From NCBI GenBank assembly GCA_963707025.1, contig CAVPOM010000004.1, positions 832,001-896,000 of the forward strand: DNA of 64,000 nucleotides. The letters run 5' to 3'. Shown piece after piece: positions 10,205 to 18,902 of the stretch. A program made the position numbers and the translations under genes. Numbering within the stretch: position 1 is the first letter of the stretch; every line of letters starts with the position of its first letter. Origin of the DNA: an uncultured Verrucomicrobiae bacterium (GTDB lineage: Bacteria > Verrucomicrobiota > Verrucomicrobiia > Limisphaerales > Palsa-1400). The notes beneath the pieces were generated by a model, which saw only the letters and a program-made list of their open reading frames with translations, had not been told where the DNA came from and made no database searches.

Positions 10205-13200
10205 TCATTGAACTTCGGAAAAGATTCCGATTTCGGCCAGGGCCGGGCAGACGGGGGAGTCGAGGATGCGCAGCCGGACCTTGTCGGTCGTGACCGGCTC
10301 GTGGCGCACCAGGCGGCAATGGCCGATGCTGGTGCCGGCCGCAAATTCAACCCAGGCCCCGCCCTGCCATTGGTCCAGCGCAAAGGCTTCCACGCGCTGG
10401 CCCAGCGGAATATATTCGCGCAACCGCACCACGCTGAAAGTGACGGGCTTGGGCCATTGCAGGACCAATTCCGCGTTGGTGACGCCGTCCTCGGCGGCCC
10501 AGAACCGCCCCGGCTGGCCGCCCAGCGCATTTTGGGCGGCGAAGCCGGCGTCGTTGCCGCGGGTGCTGGAGGCCGTGATCGTCGCGGCGCGGGCCAGGTT
10601 GGTCGAGAAGATGTTGTCAATTATACGATGAAACTCCTGGAGCGAACGCGCGTCCGCCTCGGGAATTTGCCCGCGCCGGTCCGGCGGCAGGTTCAGGAGC
10701 AGGGAGGCGCCGCGGCCGACCGAGGCGAAGTAGAGGTTGACCAGTTGCTGCGGCGTTTTCACGCTGCGGTCCTCGGAGGCATGATAAAACCAGCCCGGCC
10801 GGATGGAGACATCGCACTCGGCGGGGAGCCAGTCGGCGCCGGGACGGTCCCCGCGGTTCAAGCGGCGCGTGTCGGCCTGGCCGGGGGCGAAGTCGCGGCG
10901 GTTGAGCGTGGCCCAGCAGGTCGCGCCGGCCGTGCCATTCTCGTTGCCCACCCAGCGGATGTCCGGGCCGGCGTCGCTGAACATGCAGGCGTTGGGCTGG
11001 AGGGCGCGCACCATCTGCCAGGTGTTGGCCCAGTCGTAATAACGACTGGCATTGATGGTGCGCCTTTCGCGCGCCCCGCCGTAATAACCGTCGCCGCCAT
11101 TGGCGCCGTCAAACCAAATCTCCGCGATGGGGCCGTAGTTGCCCAGCAACTCGCGCAGTTGGTTGCGATAATAAACAATGTACGCGGGCTGCGCGTAATC
11201 CTTGTTGTTGCGGTCCCACGGCGAAAGATAGACGCCAAACTTCAGGCCGTATTGGCGGCAGGCCTCGGCCATGTCCTTGACCACGTCGCCGTGCCCGTTC
11301 TTCCACGGACTATTCTTGACGGAGTGTTCGGTGTATTGCGACGGCCACAGGCAGAAGCCGTCGTGATGTTTGCAGGTGAGAATCAGGCCCTTCAAGCCGC
11401 CCTCCACCGCCGTGCGCGCGATCTGGCCGGCGTCGAAATCGGTGGGGTTGAAGGTGGACTCCTTTTCATCGCCGTACCCCCATTCGTTGCCGGTAAAAGT
11501 GTTCATGTTGAAATGAAGGAACCCGCATACCTCGAAGTCTTCCCAGACCAATTGCCGCGCGCTGGGCAGCGGCCCGTAGGCCGCGGGCGAAGAGGCCGGC
11601 GGCGCGGGCGCTTCGTGGCGGGAAGTCACCTGGAGCAGGGCCAGGCGCTGCTCCTGGACCTGCAAACGGCGCGTGAAATCATCCCAATTGCGGGCCTCCT
11701 TCGGGGACCACCCCACTTCGGCAAGGGCGCACTCGCGCGGGAAAATCATGTACTGCATTTGCCGCGCCGTCGGAATGTATTCGGTCCACAGATTTCCCTG
11801 CAGGCCCAGAATGTGGCTCTGAAACGGCGCGGGCAATCTCGCCGGGACCGGCTCAAAGGAATAAACCTTGCGCAACGGCAGAAAGCCGCCGATGGCGGGC
11901 GGTTCGGCGGATGGGTTGGTGGATTGGCAATAATCAAAATAGCAGTAGCCGGTGGGCGACATCACCACGTCGTGGCCCTCGCGCGCCCCTTCCTCCGCCC
12001 CGCCGATCCAGTCCATCAACGCGGCATTTTTGGCCAGGCCGCCCTCGCGAATTTCGCTCCAGCCAATGAGCGTGCGTCCGTGGGCGCTGACGAATTGCTC
12101 GATGCGGCGGATAAAATAGCCTTGCAGCTCGTTCTCGTCCTTCAATCCCTCCGCCTTGATCCGCGCCTGGCACTTGGCGCATTTTTTCCAATCCTCCTTC
12201 GGCACTTCATCCCCGCCGATGTGAATATACTTGCCGGGGAACAAGGCGAAGATTTCCGTCAGCACGTCCTGGAGAAAGGCGAAGGTTTCGTCGTTGCCCG
12301 CGCAATAGACGCCATGAAACACGCCGCCTTGCAGTTCGATCTGCGCCGGCCCGCCGGTGCAACTGAACTGCGGATAGGCCGTCAGCGCGGCGGTGGCATG
12401 CCCCGGCATTTCAATTTCCGGCACGATGGTGATATGGCGCGCCTGCGCGTAAGCCACCACCTCGCGAATATCCTCCTGCGTGTAAAATCCGCCATAGCGC
12501 CCGTCCGGACCATAATTGGCCGTGACGGCGGCGTTCATCCCGAAGCCCACCCCGTCGCGCCAGGCGCCCGTCTGGGTGAGCCTGGGGTATTTTTTAATTT
12601 CAATCCGCCAGCCCTGATCGTCCGTCAAATGCCAGTGGAAAGTGTTGATCTTGTGCAGCGCCAGCAAGTCCAGCAGGCCCTCAACTTCGGTCTTGGTGAA
12701 AAAGTGCCGGCTGACATCCAGCATCAACCCGCGCCATGGGAAACGCGGCTGGTCCTGGATTTCGACGCAGGGCGCCTGCCAGGCCGTGTTCGTCACCGGC
12801 GCCGGCGCGAAAATTTCCGGCGGGAGCAGTTCCAGCCACGATTGCATGCCGTAGAAAACGCCGGCCGCTGCCGGCGCGCGGATCACCACCGAGCGGGGCG
12901 CGACCGTCAGGGCGTATCCCTCCGGCCCCAGGGCGGCGGCGGCGCCTTGCGTTGTCAATAGTATTTCACCATCGGCCGCCTTCCCCTTCCTGCTGGCGGC
13001 GACCGGGACCGGATAACCCGTCGCCCTGCGCAACCGCTCCGCCAGCCACTGCGCGGTTGGGAGGGAGGCCGGATCGGCCGCGATTCTTGTGGCCGGGAGC
13101 AGATGGAACACCCCGGCGCGGCGCTCCAACTTCTGCGGCGCTGGAATAATGGCGATGCCCGCGTCCGTCCCCGCGCCGGCAGGCGCCGCGGGGGAGGTGG

Positions 13201-13297
13201 CGGGGGCGGGAACAGGGCGGGCCGGGTTGCTGCGGCAGGAAACCGCCAGCCCAAGGGCCAGGGAACAAAGAAGGAGGGTCGGAATAACGTATTTCAT
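10205..13297 (-). CDS. Lipoprotein fusion: GH20 beta-N-acetylhexosaminidase + GH29 alpha-L-fucosidase + C-terminal F5/8 type C (CBM32-like) domain
   Basis: Lipobox-like LAVSC. GH20 motifs RGLMLDVSRHF, FHWHLTDDQGWR, HIGGDEV. GH29 motifs LTCKHHDGFCLWPS, GVYLSPWD, EIWFDGA, ECDVSIRPGWFYH. One uninterrupted 1030-aa ORF. Confidence 0.9.
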   Translation of the reverse strand: MKYVIPTLLLCSLALGLAVSCRSNPARPVPAPATSPAAPAGAGTDAGIAIIPAPQKLERRAGVFHLLPATRIAADPASLPTAQWLAERLRRATGYPVPVAASRKGKAADGEILLTTQGAAAALGPEGYALTVAPRSVVIRAPAAAGVFYGMQSWLELLPPEIFAPAPVTNTAWQAPCVEIQDQPRFPWRGLMLDVSRHFFTKTEVEGLLDLLALHKINTFHWHLTDDQGWRIEIKKYPRLTQTGAWRDGVGFGMNAAVTANYGPDGRYGGFYTQEDIREVVAYAQARHITIVPEIEMPGHATAALTAYPQFSCTGGPAQIELQGGVFHGVYCAGNDETFAFLQDVLTEIFALFPGKYIHIGGDEVPKEDWKKCAKCQARIKAEGLKDENELQGYFIRRIEQFVSAHGRTLIGWSEIREGGLAKNAALMDWIGGAEEGAREGHDVVMSPTGYCYFDYCQSTNPSAEPPAIGGFLPLRKVYSFEPVPARLPAPFQSHILGLQGNLWTEYIPTARQMQYMIFPRECALAEVGWSPKEARNWDDFTRRLQVQEQRLALLQVTSRHEAPAPPASSPAAYGPLPSARQLVWEDFEVCGFLHFNMNTFTGNEWGYGDEKESTFNPTDFDAGQIARTAVEGGLKGLILTCKHHDGFCLWPSQYTEHSVKNSPWKNGHGDVVKDMAEACRQYGLKFGVYLSPWDRNNKDYAQPAYIVYYRNQLRELLGNYGPIAEIWFDGANGGDGYYGGARERRTINASRYYDWANTWQMVRALQPNACMFSDAGPDIRWVGNENGTAGATCWATLNRRDFAPGQADTRRLNRGDRPGADWLPAECDVSIRPGWFYHASEDRSVKTPQQLVNLYFASVGRGASLLLNLPPDRRGQIPEADARSLQEFHRIIDNIFSTNLARAATITASSTRGNDAGFAAQNALGGQPGRFWAAEDGVTNAELVLQWPKPVTFSVVRLREYIPLGQRVEAFALDQWQGGAWVEFAAGTSIGHCRLVRHEPVTTDKVRLRILDSPVCPALAEIGIFSEVQ

Positions 13298-13365
13298 GCG
13301 GGGTTGCGTAGCTTGGTTCCAGCGGTGGCTAGAGCGGATTAAAAAATGATGCAGCCAAAACGAAG

Positions 13366-13409
13366 CTCCTCCCCCTCCTCCTCAGGAGGAGAGGGCAGGG
13401 GAGAGGAGG
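13366..13409. repeat. CT/GA-rich palindromic intergenic repeat
   Basis: CTCCTCCCCCTCCTCCTCAGGAGGAGAGGGCAGGGGAGAGGAGG folds into a hairpin; a related copy lies at 57318-57349. Confidence 0.55.
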
Positions 13410-13454
13410 CCGTGCGGTCGGCTTCCGTGCGGCTGCAGTTTTCATGAAATTGCT

Positions 13455-14561
13455 CTAATTATTCTTGACAAAAAGTTTGCCCGGCAGTTGCCGGATCAAC
13501 CGCTTCATCTCCAGTCCCAGCAGCGCCACCGAAACGGAGGACGAGGGCATGCCGCTCCGGCGGATGATGTCATCAATCGCGCTCTCCTCCTTCTCCACCA
13601 AATCATAGACCGTTTGTTCGCTTTCGCTCAGGGTCATGGCCGGCAGGCCGGCGGCATCGTGCAGCAGGGAAGGGCGGTTGCTGGCGGGGAACATATATTC
13701 AAATTCGCTGAGAATGTCCTCCACCCCTTCGCACAGTTTGGCCCCTTTCTTGATCAGGTCGTGACAGCCTTTGCTGCGCGGAGAATCCACCCGGCCGGGC
13801 ACGGCAAAAACCTGGCGGCCATAATCCACCGCCATGCCCGCGGTGATGAGCGCGCCGCTGGTCATGTTCGCCTCCACCACCACCGTGCCAAAAGTCATTC
13901 CCGCCACGATGCGGTTGCGAATGGGAAAACTCAGTTTGTCGGGCTTGCGGTTGAAGGGAAACTGCGTGATCAGCGCCCCTTGGGCCGCGATGCGCCCGAA
14001 CAGTTCTCCGTTTTCCGCCGGGAACACCAAATTGATCCCCGTGCCCAGCACCGCGATGGTGCGTCCCTTCGCGCTCAAAGCCCCTTGGTGGGCGGCCGTG
14101 TCAATCCCGCGCGCCCCGCCGCTAACGACGGTCACGCCGGTGTAAGCCAGTTGGTAGGCGATTTTGCGCGCGACTTCCAGGCCGTAATGCGTCGTCATGC
14201 GCGATCCGACCATGGCCACCGCGTTCTTGTCCCGCGCCGTCAGGCCGCCCAGGACATACAGGAGCACGGGCGGATCGTAAATCTGCTTGAGCAGCGGCGG
14301 ATAATTCTCGTCGGACTGGAGGAGGATGTGGCAGCCGGATTGCTCAATGCGTTTGAGTTCGCCGCTCAGATCCACAGTTTTCTCCCAACTCGCGATGCCC
14401 TCGGAAAGTTCCGGGCCGATGCCGTGGACCTGCTGGAGTTCGGAGCGGCTGGCGCGGAGAATGGCGGCGGAATCGCCGAAGCGTTCGAGCAACTGGCGCA
14501 CGCGCACCGGACCGAGGTCTTTAATCATGTTCAAAGCGACGAACGCTTCCCGGCAATCCAT
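13455..14561 (-). CDS. dprA: DNA-processing protein DprA
   Basis: YPPLLKQIYDPP, AMVGSR, VVSGGARGIDTAAHQGAL, FPIRNRIVAG, FAVPG and a C-terminal winged-helix region; ATG at 14561. Confidence 0.95.
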   Translation of the reverse strand: MDCREAFVALNMIKDLGPVRVRQLLERFGDSAAILRASRSELQQVHGIGPELSEGIASWEKTVDLSGELKRIEQSGCHILLQSDENYPPLLKQIYDPPVLLYVLGGLTARDKNAVAMVGSRMTTHYGLEVARKIAYQLAYTGVTVVSGGARGIDTAAHQGALSAKGRTIAVLGTGINLVFPAENGELFGRIAAQGALITQFPFNRKPDKLSFPIRNRIVAGMTFGTVVVEANMTSGALITAGMAVDYGRQVFAVPGRVDSPRSKGCHDLIKKGAKLCEGVEDILSEFEYMFPASNRPSLLHDAAGLPAMTLSESEQTVYDLVEKEESAIDDIIRRSGMPSSSVSVALLGLEMKRLIRQLPGKLFVKNN

Positions 14562-14780
14562 GCGCCTGAGCAAACACCGTTTGCCCCCGCGGGGCAAGCT
14601 TTAGATGGGCTCAATCTACCACAAACCAGGACACTGCCGGACCACGAGGAGCCTTGACTTTTCCGCCGGCCCGCGCAAGGTTGCATGGCATGAGTTCTCC
14701 ATCTGAGCCAAGGCGAAGCGCCAGCAGGGGCGGCTGTTTTTGCGGGTGTCGCTCGCTCGCTCCCAGCCACCCTGACCGGC

Positions 14781-15419
14781 ATGAATGACCTGAGGTTCGG
14801 GAGCTTGGGGGAAACTTGGATTAATCTGGTCCAGAGGACCGTCCAGAGCGGGATTTGCGTGGACGGCGAGAGCCTTGAGTTGCTGGAGGTGCAGGTGGCT
14901 TTTCCCGCCGGGGCGGAGGGCGATGAGGCGATCCGGCAGTTTGGCGACCGCGGGATGATTGCCGAGATGGAGAAGGTTTTTTTCGCGCTCGGGGCCAATG
15001 CCGAGGGGCACTGTTATGCCAACCTGATGCGAGGCCCGGACGGCCGGCACGATCTCCAAGACGTCATGGCGCTCCTGCGCGCCGAACCCGCCAGCAAACG
15101 GGCGGTGGTAACTTTGTGTGATCCCGGCGGCGGCAAGGTGCCGTGCATCAATGTCGTGCAATTCCTGGTTCGCGCCGGCGCGCTGCGGACCATTTACTTC
15201 GCGCGCGGCCAGGATGCCTTCAAAAAATTTTATGCCGACGCGCTTTGCCTGGCAAAGATGGCGCGCAGGGTAGGGGAGGGGTTGGGCCTGGCGGAGGGCG
15301 CCGTGTCGGGATTCATCGCCTCCAGCCATGTCTATCAGAAAGATCTGCCGGCCATCGCCGATTTCCTGGCGCGCGGCCGGCGGTTCCTGCGCAACGGCGA
15401 ACCGGAAGGAGCCCGCTGA
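14781..15419 (+). CDS. Thymidylate synthase-like protein, probably a (d)CMP hydroxymethylase/methylase type
   Basis: SKRAVV, catalytic PC (Cys122), QFLVR..L....RGQD and HVY motifs. Asp153 occupies the position where ThyA has the uracil-specifying Asn. Confidence 0.8.
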   Translation: MNDLRFGSLGETWINLVQRTVQSGICVDGESLELLEVQVAFPAGAEGDEAIRQFGDRGMIAEMEKVFFALGANAEGHCYANLMRGPDGRHDLQDVMALLRAEPASKRAVVTLCDPGGGKVPCINVVQFLVRAGALRTIYFARGQDAFKKFYADALCLAKMARRVGEGLGLAEGAVSGFIASSHVYQKDLPAIADFLARGRRFLRNGEPEGAR

Positions 15420-16801
15420 TGCGCGTTTTGTTTGTCGCTCCACGGTCCTGCAATCCCAAGCAGATGTACCGCGAATACCCGTTGGGCGTCGGTTACCTCG
15501 GCACGCTCCTGCGGCAGCACGGGCATGAGGTGCGTGTCTTCGACCAAAACGCCGAGGGCCTGGAGGACGAAGGCCTGTGGCAACTCGTCGCCGAGTTTCA
15601 GCCCGACCTCGCCGGCTTCTCGGTCATCACGCCCAATTACCCCGTGGCCCGCCAACAGATTCGCCGGCTGAAGCGGCTGCACCCGGAGGTGCGGATCCTG
15701 GCCGGGGGCATCCACGCGACGCTGTTTCCCGATGACCTCATGGCCGACGGGGCCGATGTCGTGGTGCTGGGCGAAGGCGAGCCGGTCATTGTCCAGTTGG
15801 TGGCCGGCTTGGCCGAAGGACGCAATTTGAGCAACCTGCCGGGACTGCTGTTCCGCGACCGCACGGGCGAGGTCATACGGACGGCAGGACGGCGCCAGAA
15901 CGCTTCAATTGATGATCTGCCGTGGGTGGACCGGAGCCTTTACAATCTTTCCAAGTACACCCATCACTCCATGCTCGCCTCACGCGGATGCCCCCACCAT
16001 TGCGCCTTCTGCTGCAATTATACCGGCACGATCCGCCGCGACGGCGCGGCCGTGCGGCGGCGCGAAAATGTCCTGGCAGAAATGGAGCACTTGCGCGACA
16101 CCCATGGCGCCGGCGAGATTTTTTTTGCCGACGACATTTTCCTGCTGCGCAAACAGGACATCCTGGAATTTTGCGCCGCTTGCGCCGCCCGCCGGGTCGG
16201 CGTCAATTGGATTGGGCAAATGCGGGCGGACCGGGTGGACTCCCGGGTGGCGCAAGCGCTGCGGGCGGCCCAGTGTCAGCGAATCTATTTCGGGGTCGAA
16301 TCTGGTTCCGACCGCATCCTGCGCCAGGCCGGGAAGGGGATGACCACGGCGCAAATCCGGCGCGGCATCAGGGCGGCGCTGGACGCCGGGCTGCGAGTCA
16401 AGACCGGTTGGATTTATGGTTTGCCCGGCTCGCTGGCAGAGCAGTACCAGTCCATTCCTTTCATGCTGGAGCTGCGGCCCCAGGAGATTTCCATCCACCA
16501 GCTCATTCCTTTTCCAGGGACGATCTATTACACCGACCCATCCCGCTTCGGCATTCGCATCGCGCAGCCCAAGGCCTTCGCGGACTTTTGTTATGGCGGA
16601 CTGGAGGGCGGCATCCGTTTCGATTATCTGAGCCACCGGCAATTGCGGCAATTGCTCCAAGACACGGCCGCCGCGCTGGAGGCGGCCGGTTATGTCAGCA
16701 GCGACCAGGCGGGCCCGGGCGCCGAATACATTTATACCACGCCGCTCTCGCGCCACTCCATGAACGTCTTCCGGCCCTCCGCGCCCGTACTCGCCGCATG
16801 A
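15419..16801 (+). CDS. Cobalamin-binding (class B-type) radical SAM protein
   Basis: ATG overlaps the upstream TGA (TGATG). B12-binding domain (YPLGVGYL, GGIHAT, VVLGEGE), SRGCPHHCAFC (CxxxCxxC), FADDIF, FGVESG. Confidence 0.9.
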   Translation: MRVLFVAPRSCNPKQMYREYPLGVGYLGTLLRQHGHEVRVFDQNAEGLEDEGLWQLVAEFQPDLAGFSVITPNYPVARQQIRRLKRLHPEVRILAGGIHATLFPDDLMADGADVVVLGEGEPVIVQLVAGLAEGRNLSNLPGLLFRDRTGEVIRTAGRRQNASIDDLPWVDRSLYNLSKYTHHSMLASRGCPHHCAFCCNYTGTIRRDGAAVRRRENVLAEMEHLRDTHGAGEIFFADDIFLLRKQDILEFCAACAARRVGVNWIGQMRADRVDSRVAQALRAAQCQRIYFGVESGSDRILRQAGKGMTTAQIRRGIRAALDAGLRVKTGWIYGLPGSLAEQYQSIPFMLELRPQEISIHQLIPFPGTIYYTDPSRFGIRIAQPKAFADFCYGGLEGGIRFDYLSHRQLRQLLQDTAAALEAAGYVSSDQAGPGAEYIYTTPLSRHSMNVFRPSAPVLAA

Positions 16802-17535
16802 AGCTTGCCCGCGACAAGGAGCGTCATCGCCTGGCCCTGGAGCGGCTGCGCCTGCCCCGGTTCGCAGGCCGGGATGCCTCCCGCCCGTTTGTGGTTGCTC
16901 TCGAAGGGGCCAATGGCGTCGGCAAAACGACCCTGTGCCGATTGCTCGCGCGCCGCCTGGCCGCGCCCGCCTGCCTGGGCACGGCTGAGGCCTGGTTCTC
17001 AAGACCTTTCAAAACCCGCATGATCCGCGACGCCGCCTGGTTTGCCTCGGCCATGTTCTTTCTCAGCGGCTGCTTCGAGCAGATGCGCGTCCTGCGGGGC
17101 CGTCCCAACCCGCTGGTCATTATGGACCGATCGCTTTGGTCCACCCTGGCCGTTCACGGCGCGGAGAGTCCCGGGAGGCTGGCGGCGCTGCTCGCCATGC
17201 TGCGGCCCGTGGCCGCCCAGATTCACGTGCCCGACCTCACCCTGGTGCTCGAAGCGGGTTTTGAGACGTGCCAGTCGCGTATTGCCCGCAAGAGCCGCAC
17301 AGCCCGCCTTTTGGATGATTTGACGGCCACGCCGGCTTTTCACGCGCGGGAACAGGAGTTTTATCGCTGGCTGGCCCGTCAACATTCCGAGGTGCTGTTT
17401 CTGGACGCAAATCAAGCCGGGCCGGAGAAAGTGGCGGAGCGGGCGTCGGCCTTGGTTCGGGAAAGAGCCGCAGCGCAGGGCCTGGCTCTGCCTCACGGCG
17501 GCAAGGGCGCAAAGCGCGCCGGCGCTGCTTGCTGA
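16798..17535 (+). CDS. Thymidylate kinase-like nucleoside monophosphate kinase
   Basis: ATGA overlap with the radical SAM gene. P-loop LEGANGVGKTT, VIMDRS motif, PDLTLVL. Confidence 0.85.
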   Translation: MKLARDKERHRLALERLRLPRFAGRDASRPFVVALEGANGVGKTTLCRLLARRLAAPACLGTAEAWFSRPFKTRMIRDAAWFASAMFFLSGCFEQMRVLRGRPNPLVIMDRSLWSTLAVHGAESPGRLAALLAMLRPVAAQIHVPDLTLVLEAGFETCQSRIARKSRTARLLDDLTATPAFHAREQEFYRWLARQHSEVLFLDANQAGPEKVAERASALVRERAAAQGLALPHGGKGAKRAGAAC

Positions 17536-18902
17536 AAGCAAAGATGCTCACACTGGTTACCTCCAATCCCGCCAAGTACGCCCCATTCACCCGGGACCTG
17601 GAGCGCTTGCGCCTCACGCTAGAGCCGCCCTCCCAGTCCCTTCCCGAACTGCAGAGCCTCACTTTCGCCGAAGCCCTGGCCGCAAAGGCGCGTGCCGCCG
17701 CCGCCCTGTTTGGCCGGCCCGTGCTCGTAGATGACACCGGTTTGGTGTTGGAGGCCTACGCGCCGTTCCCGGGGCCGTTGACCGGGGCCGTCCTCCGCAG
17801 CCTCGGCGCCACGGGACTCCGGCGGCTTCTTGCCGGCACTTCCCACCGGGCGGTGATGGAATGCCACCTCGGTTGTTGGCTCAAGGGCGCTTTGCGGCAG
17901 TGGACCGGCGCTGTTTCGGGCCGAATTGACCTTTCCCGTCCGCAACGCGACCCACGGATGCTCCTTTCCGATCTGTTCATCCCCGATCCATCCGAGGCTG
18001 GACCGGCCCCTCGCCGGCGCGCCCAGCCAGGCCAGGCGGCAAAGCCCGCGCGCGGCCGGCGCCGGGGAGCGGCGGCTGCATTGCTGCAAGACGGCGCGCT
18101 GCGGACCGAAGCGCCCGGCCTCCAGGGCGCCGCGACCGGACATTCTCCGCTGCCCCACCGCGCGCTCGCCCTCGCCGCCCTGGAAAAAGATATATTCGAA
18201 CTGCACCTCGAAACCGCTCCTCCGGAAACGGGCGGTGCGACGGCCTGCGCCGCGCCGACCAGCTATGATTGCCCGTTTTGCGCCGAGTTTGAGGACGACG
18301 GCCTGAGCCTGTTCGCCGGCATGATGGGGGATCGTCTTCCCAGCCGGGTGGTGTATGAAGACGAACATTTCGTGGTCATGCCCCCGTTGGGGGAGTTCAT
18401 GGAAGGGGGCCTGCTGTTGCTGAGCCGGGAACATCTCCCTTCCTTGGCGCACCTCGCGGCCGCGCAGTTCGACCGACTCGAACGCTTGTTGCAGGCGATC
18501 CAGCGGGCTTTGGCCAAACGCTGGGGCGCCGCAACAGTGGTTTTCGAACACGGCCCCGCTGCCGACTGGAGCAAAGGCGCCTGCTGTGTTGACCACGCGC
18601 ATCTGAACATCTTCCCGGCCCCGGTTTATGTCCGCCCGCACCTGGCTGGCCGGATGAGTCTGTCCCTTGGGTCGCTGGCCGGGCTGGCCAAACTCCGGCG
18701 CGCCGAATTCGGCTATCTCTTCGTCCAGGAAAACGACGGCACGCGCCGCGCCTACGACGGCCGGGATGTCCCCACCCAGTTGGTGCGCCGCATCATCACC
18801 GCCCAACTCGGCCTGCCCGAACGGTGGCACTGGCGCGATTACCCGGGCCGCGACGAATTGCTCGCCACCTACCACGCGCTGAAGGAACAGATCCGGTTAT
18901 GA
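17529..18902 (+). CDS. Fusion of Ham1/ITPase-like NTP pyrophosphatase and HIT/CwfJ-like domain
   Basis: N-terminal VTSNPAK, VDDTGL, FPGP and PHR...AL. C-terminal CPFC, VFEHG and VDHAHLNIFP. Start is TTG 17529 or ATG 17544. Confidence 0.8.
   Translation: MLKAKMLTLVTSNPAKYAPFTRDLERLRLTLEPPSQSLPELQSLTFAEALAAKARAAAALFGRPVLVDDTGLVLEAYAPFPGPLTGAVLRSLGATGLRRLLAGTSHRAVMECHLGCWLKGALRQWTGAVSGRIDLSRPQRDPRMLLSDLFIPDPSEAGPAPRRRAQPGQAAKPARGRRRGAAAALLQDGALRTEAPGLQGAATGHSPLPHRALALAALEKDIFELHLETAPPETGGATACAAPTSYDCPFCAEFEDDGLSLFAGMMGDRLPSRVVYEDEHFVVMPPLGEFMEGGLLLLSREHLPSLAHLAAAQFDRLERLLQAIQRALAKRWGAATVVFEHGPAADWSKGACCVDHAHLNIFPAPVYVRPHLAGRMSLSLGSLAGLAKLRRAEFGYLFVQENDGTRRAYDGRDVPTQLVRRIITAQLGLPERWHWRDYPGRDELLATYHALKEQIRL

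Noticed and set aside
10208..12961. Very long antisense ORFs (e.g. 917 aa here; also 148..1452, 22575..24395, 47372..49018, 52070..54109)
   Set aside because: These are shadow frames opposite well-supported genes in GC-rich DNA and carry no recognisable motifs.
13455..14561. dprA as part of the nucleotide-modification system
   Set aside because: It is a canonical, divergently transcribed competence gene; adjacency alone is not evidence.
14781..15419. Calling the TS-like gene thyA
   Set aside because: The uracil-specifying Asn is Asp, RS is RG, and the gene context is not housekeeping.
15419..16801. Calling the radical SAM gene a prokaryotic viperin
   Set aside because: It has an N-terminal cobalamin-binding domain and is 460 aa; viperins lack this domain.
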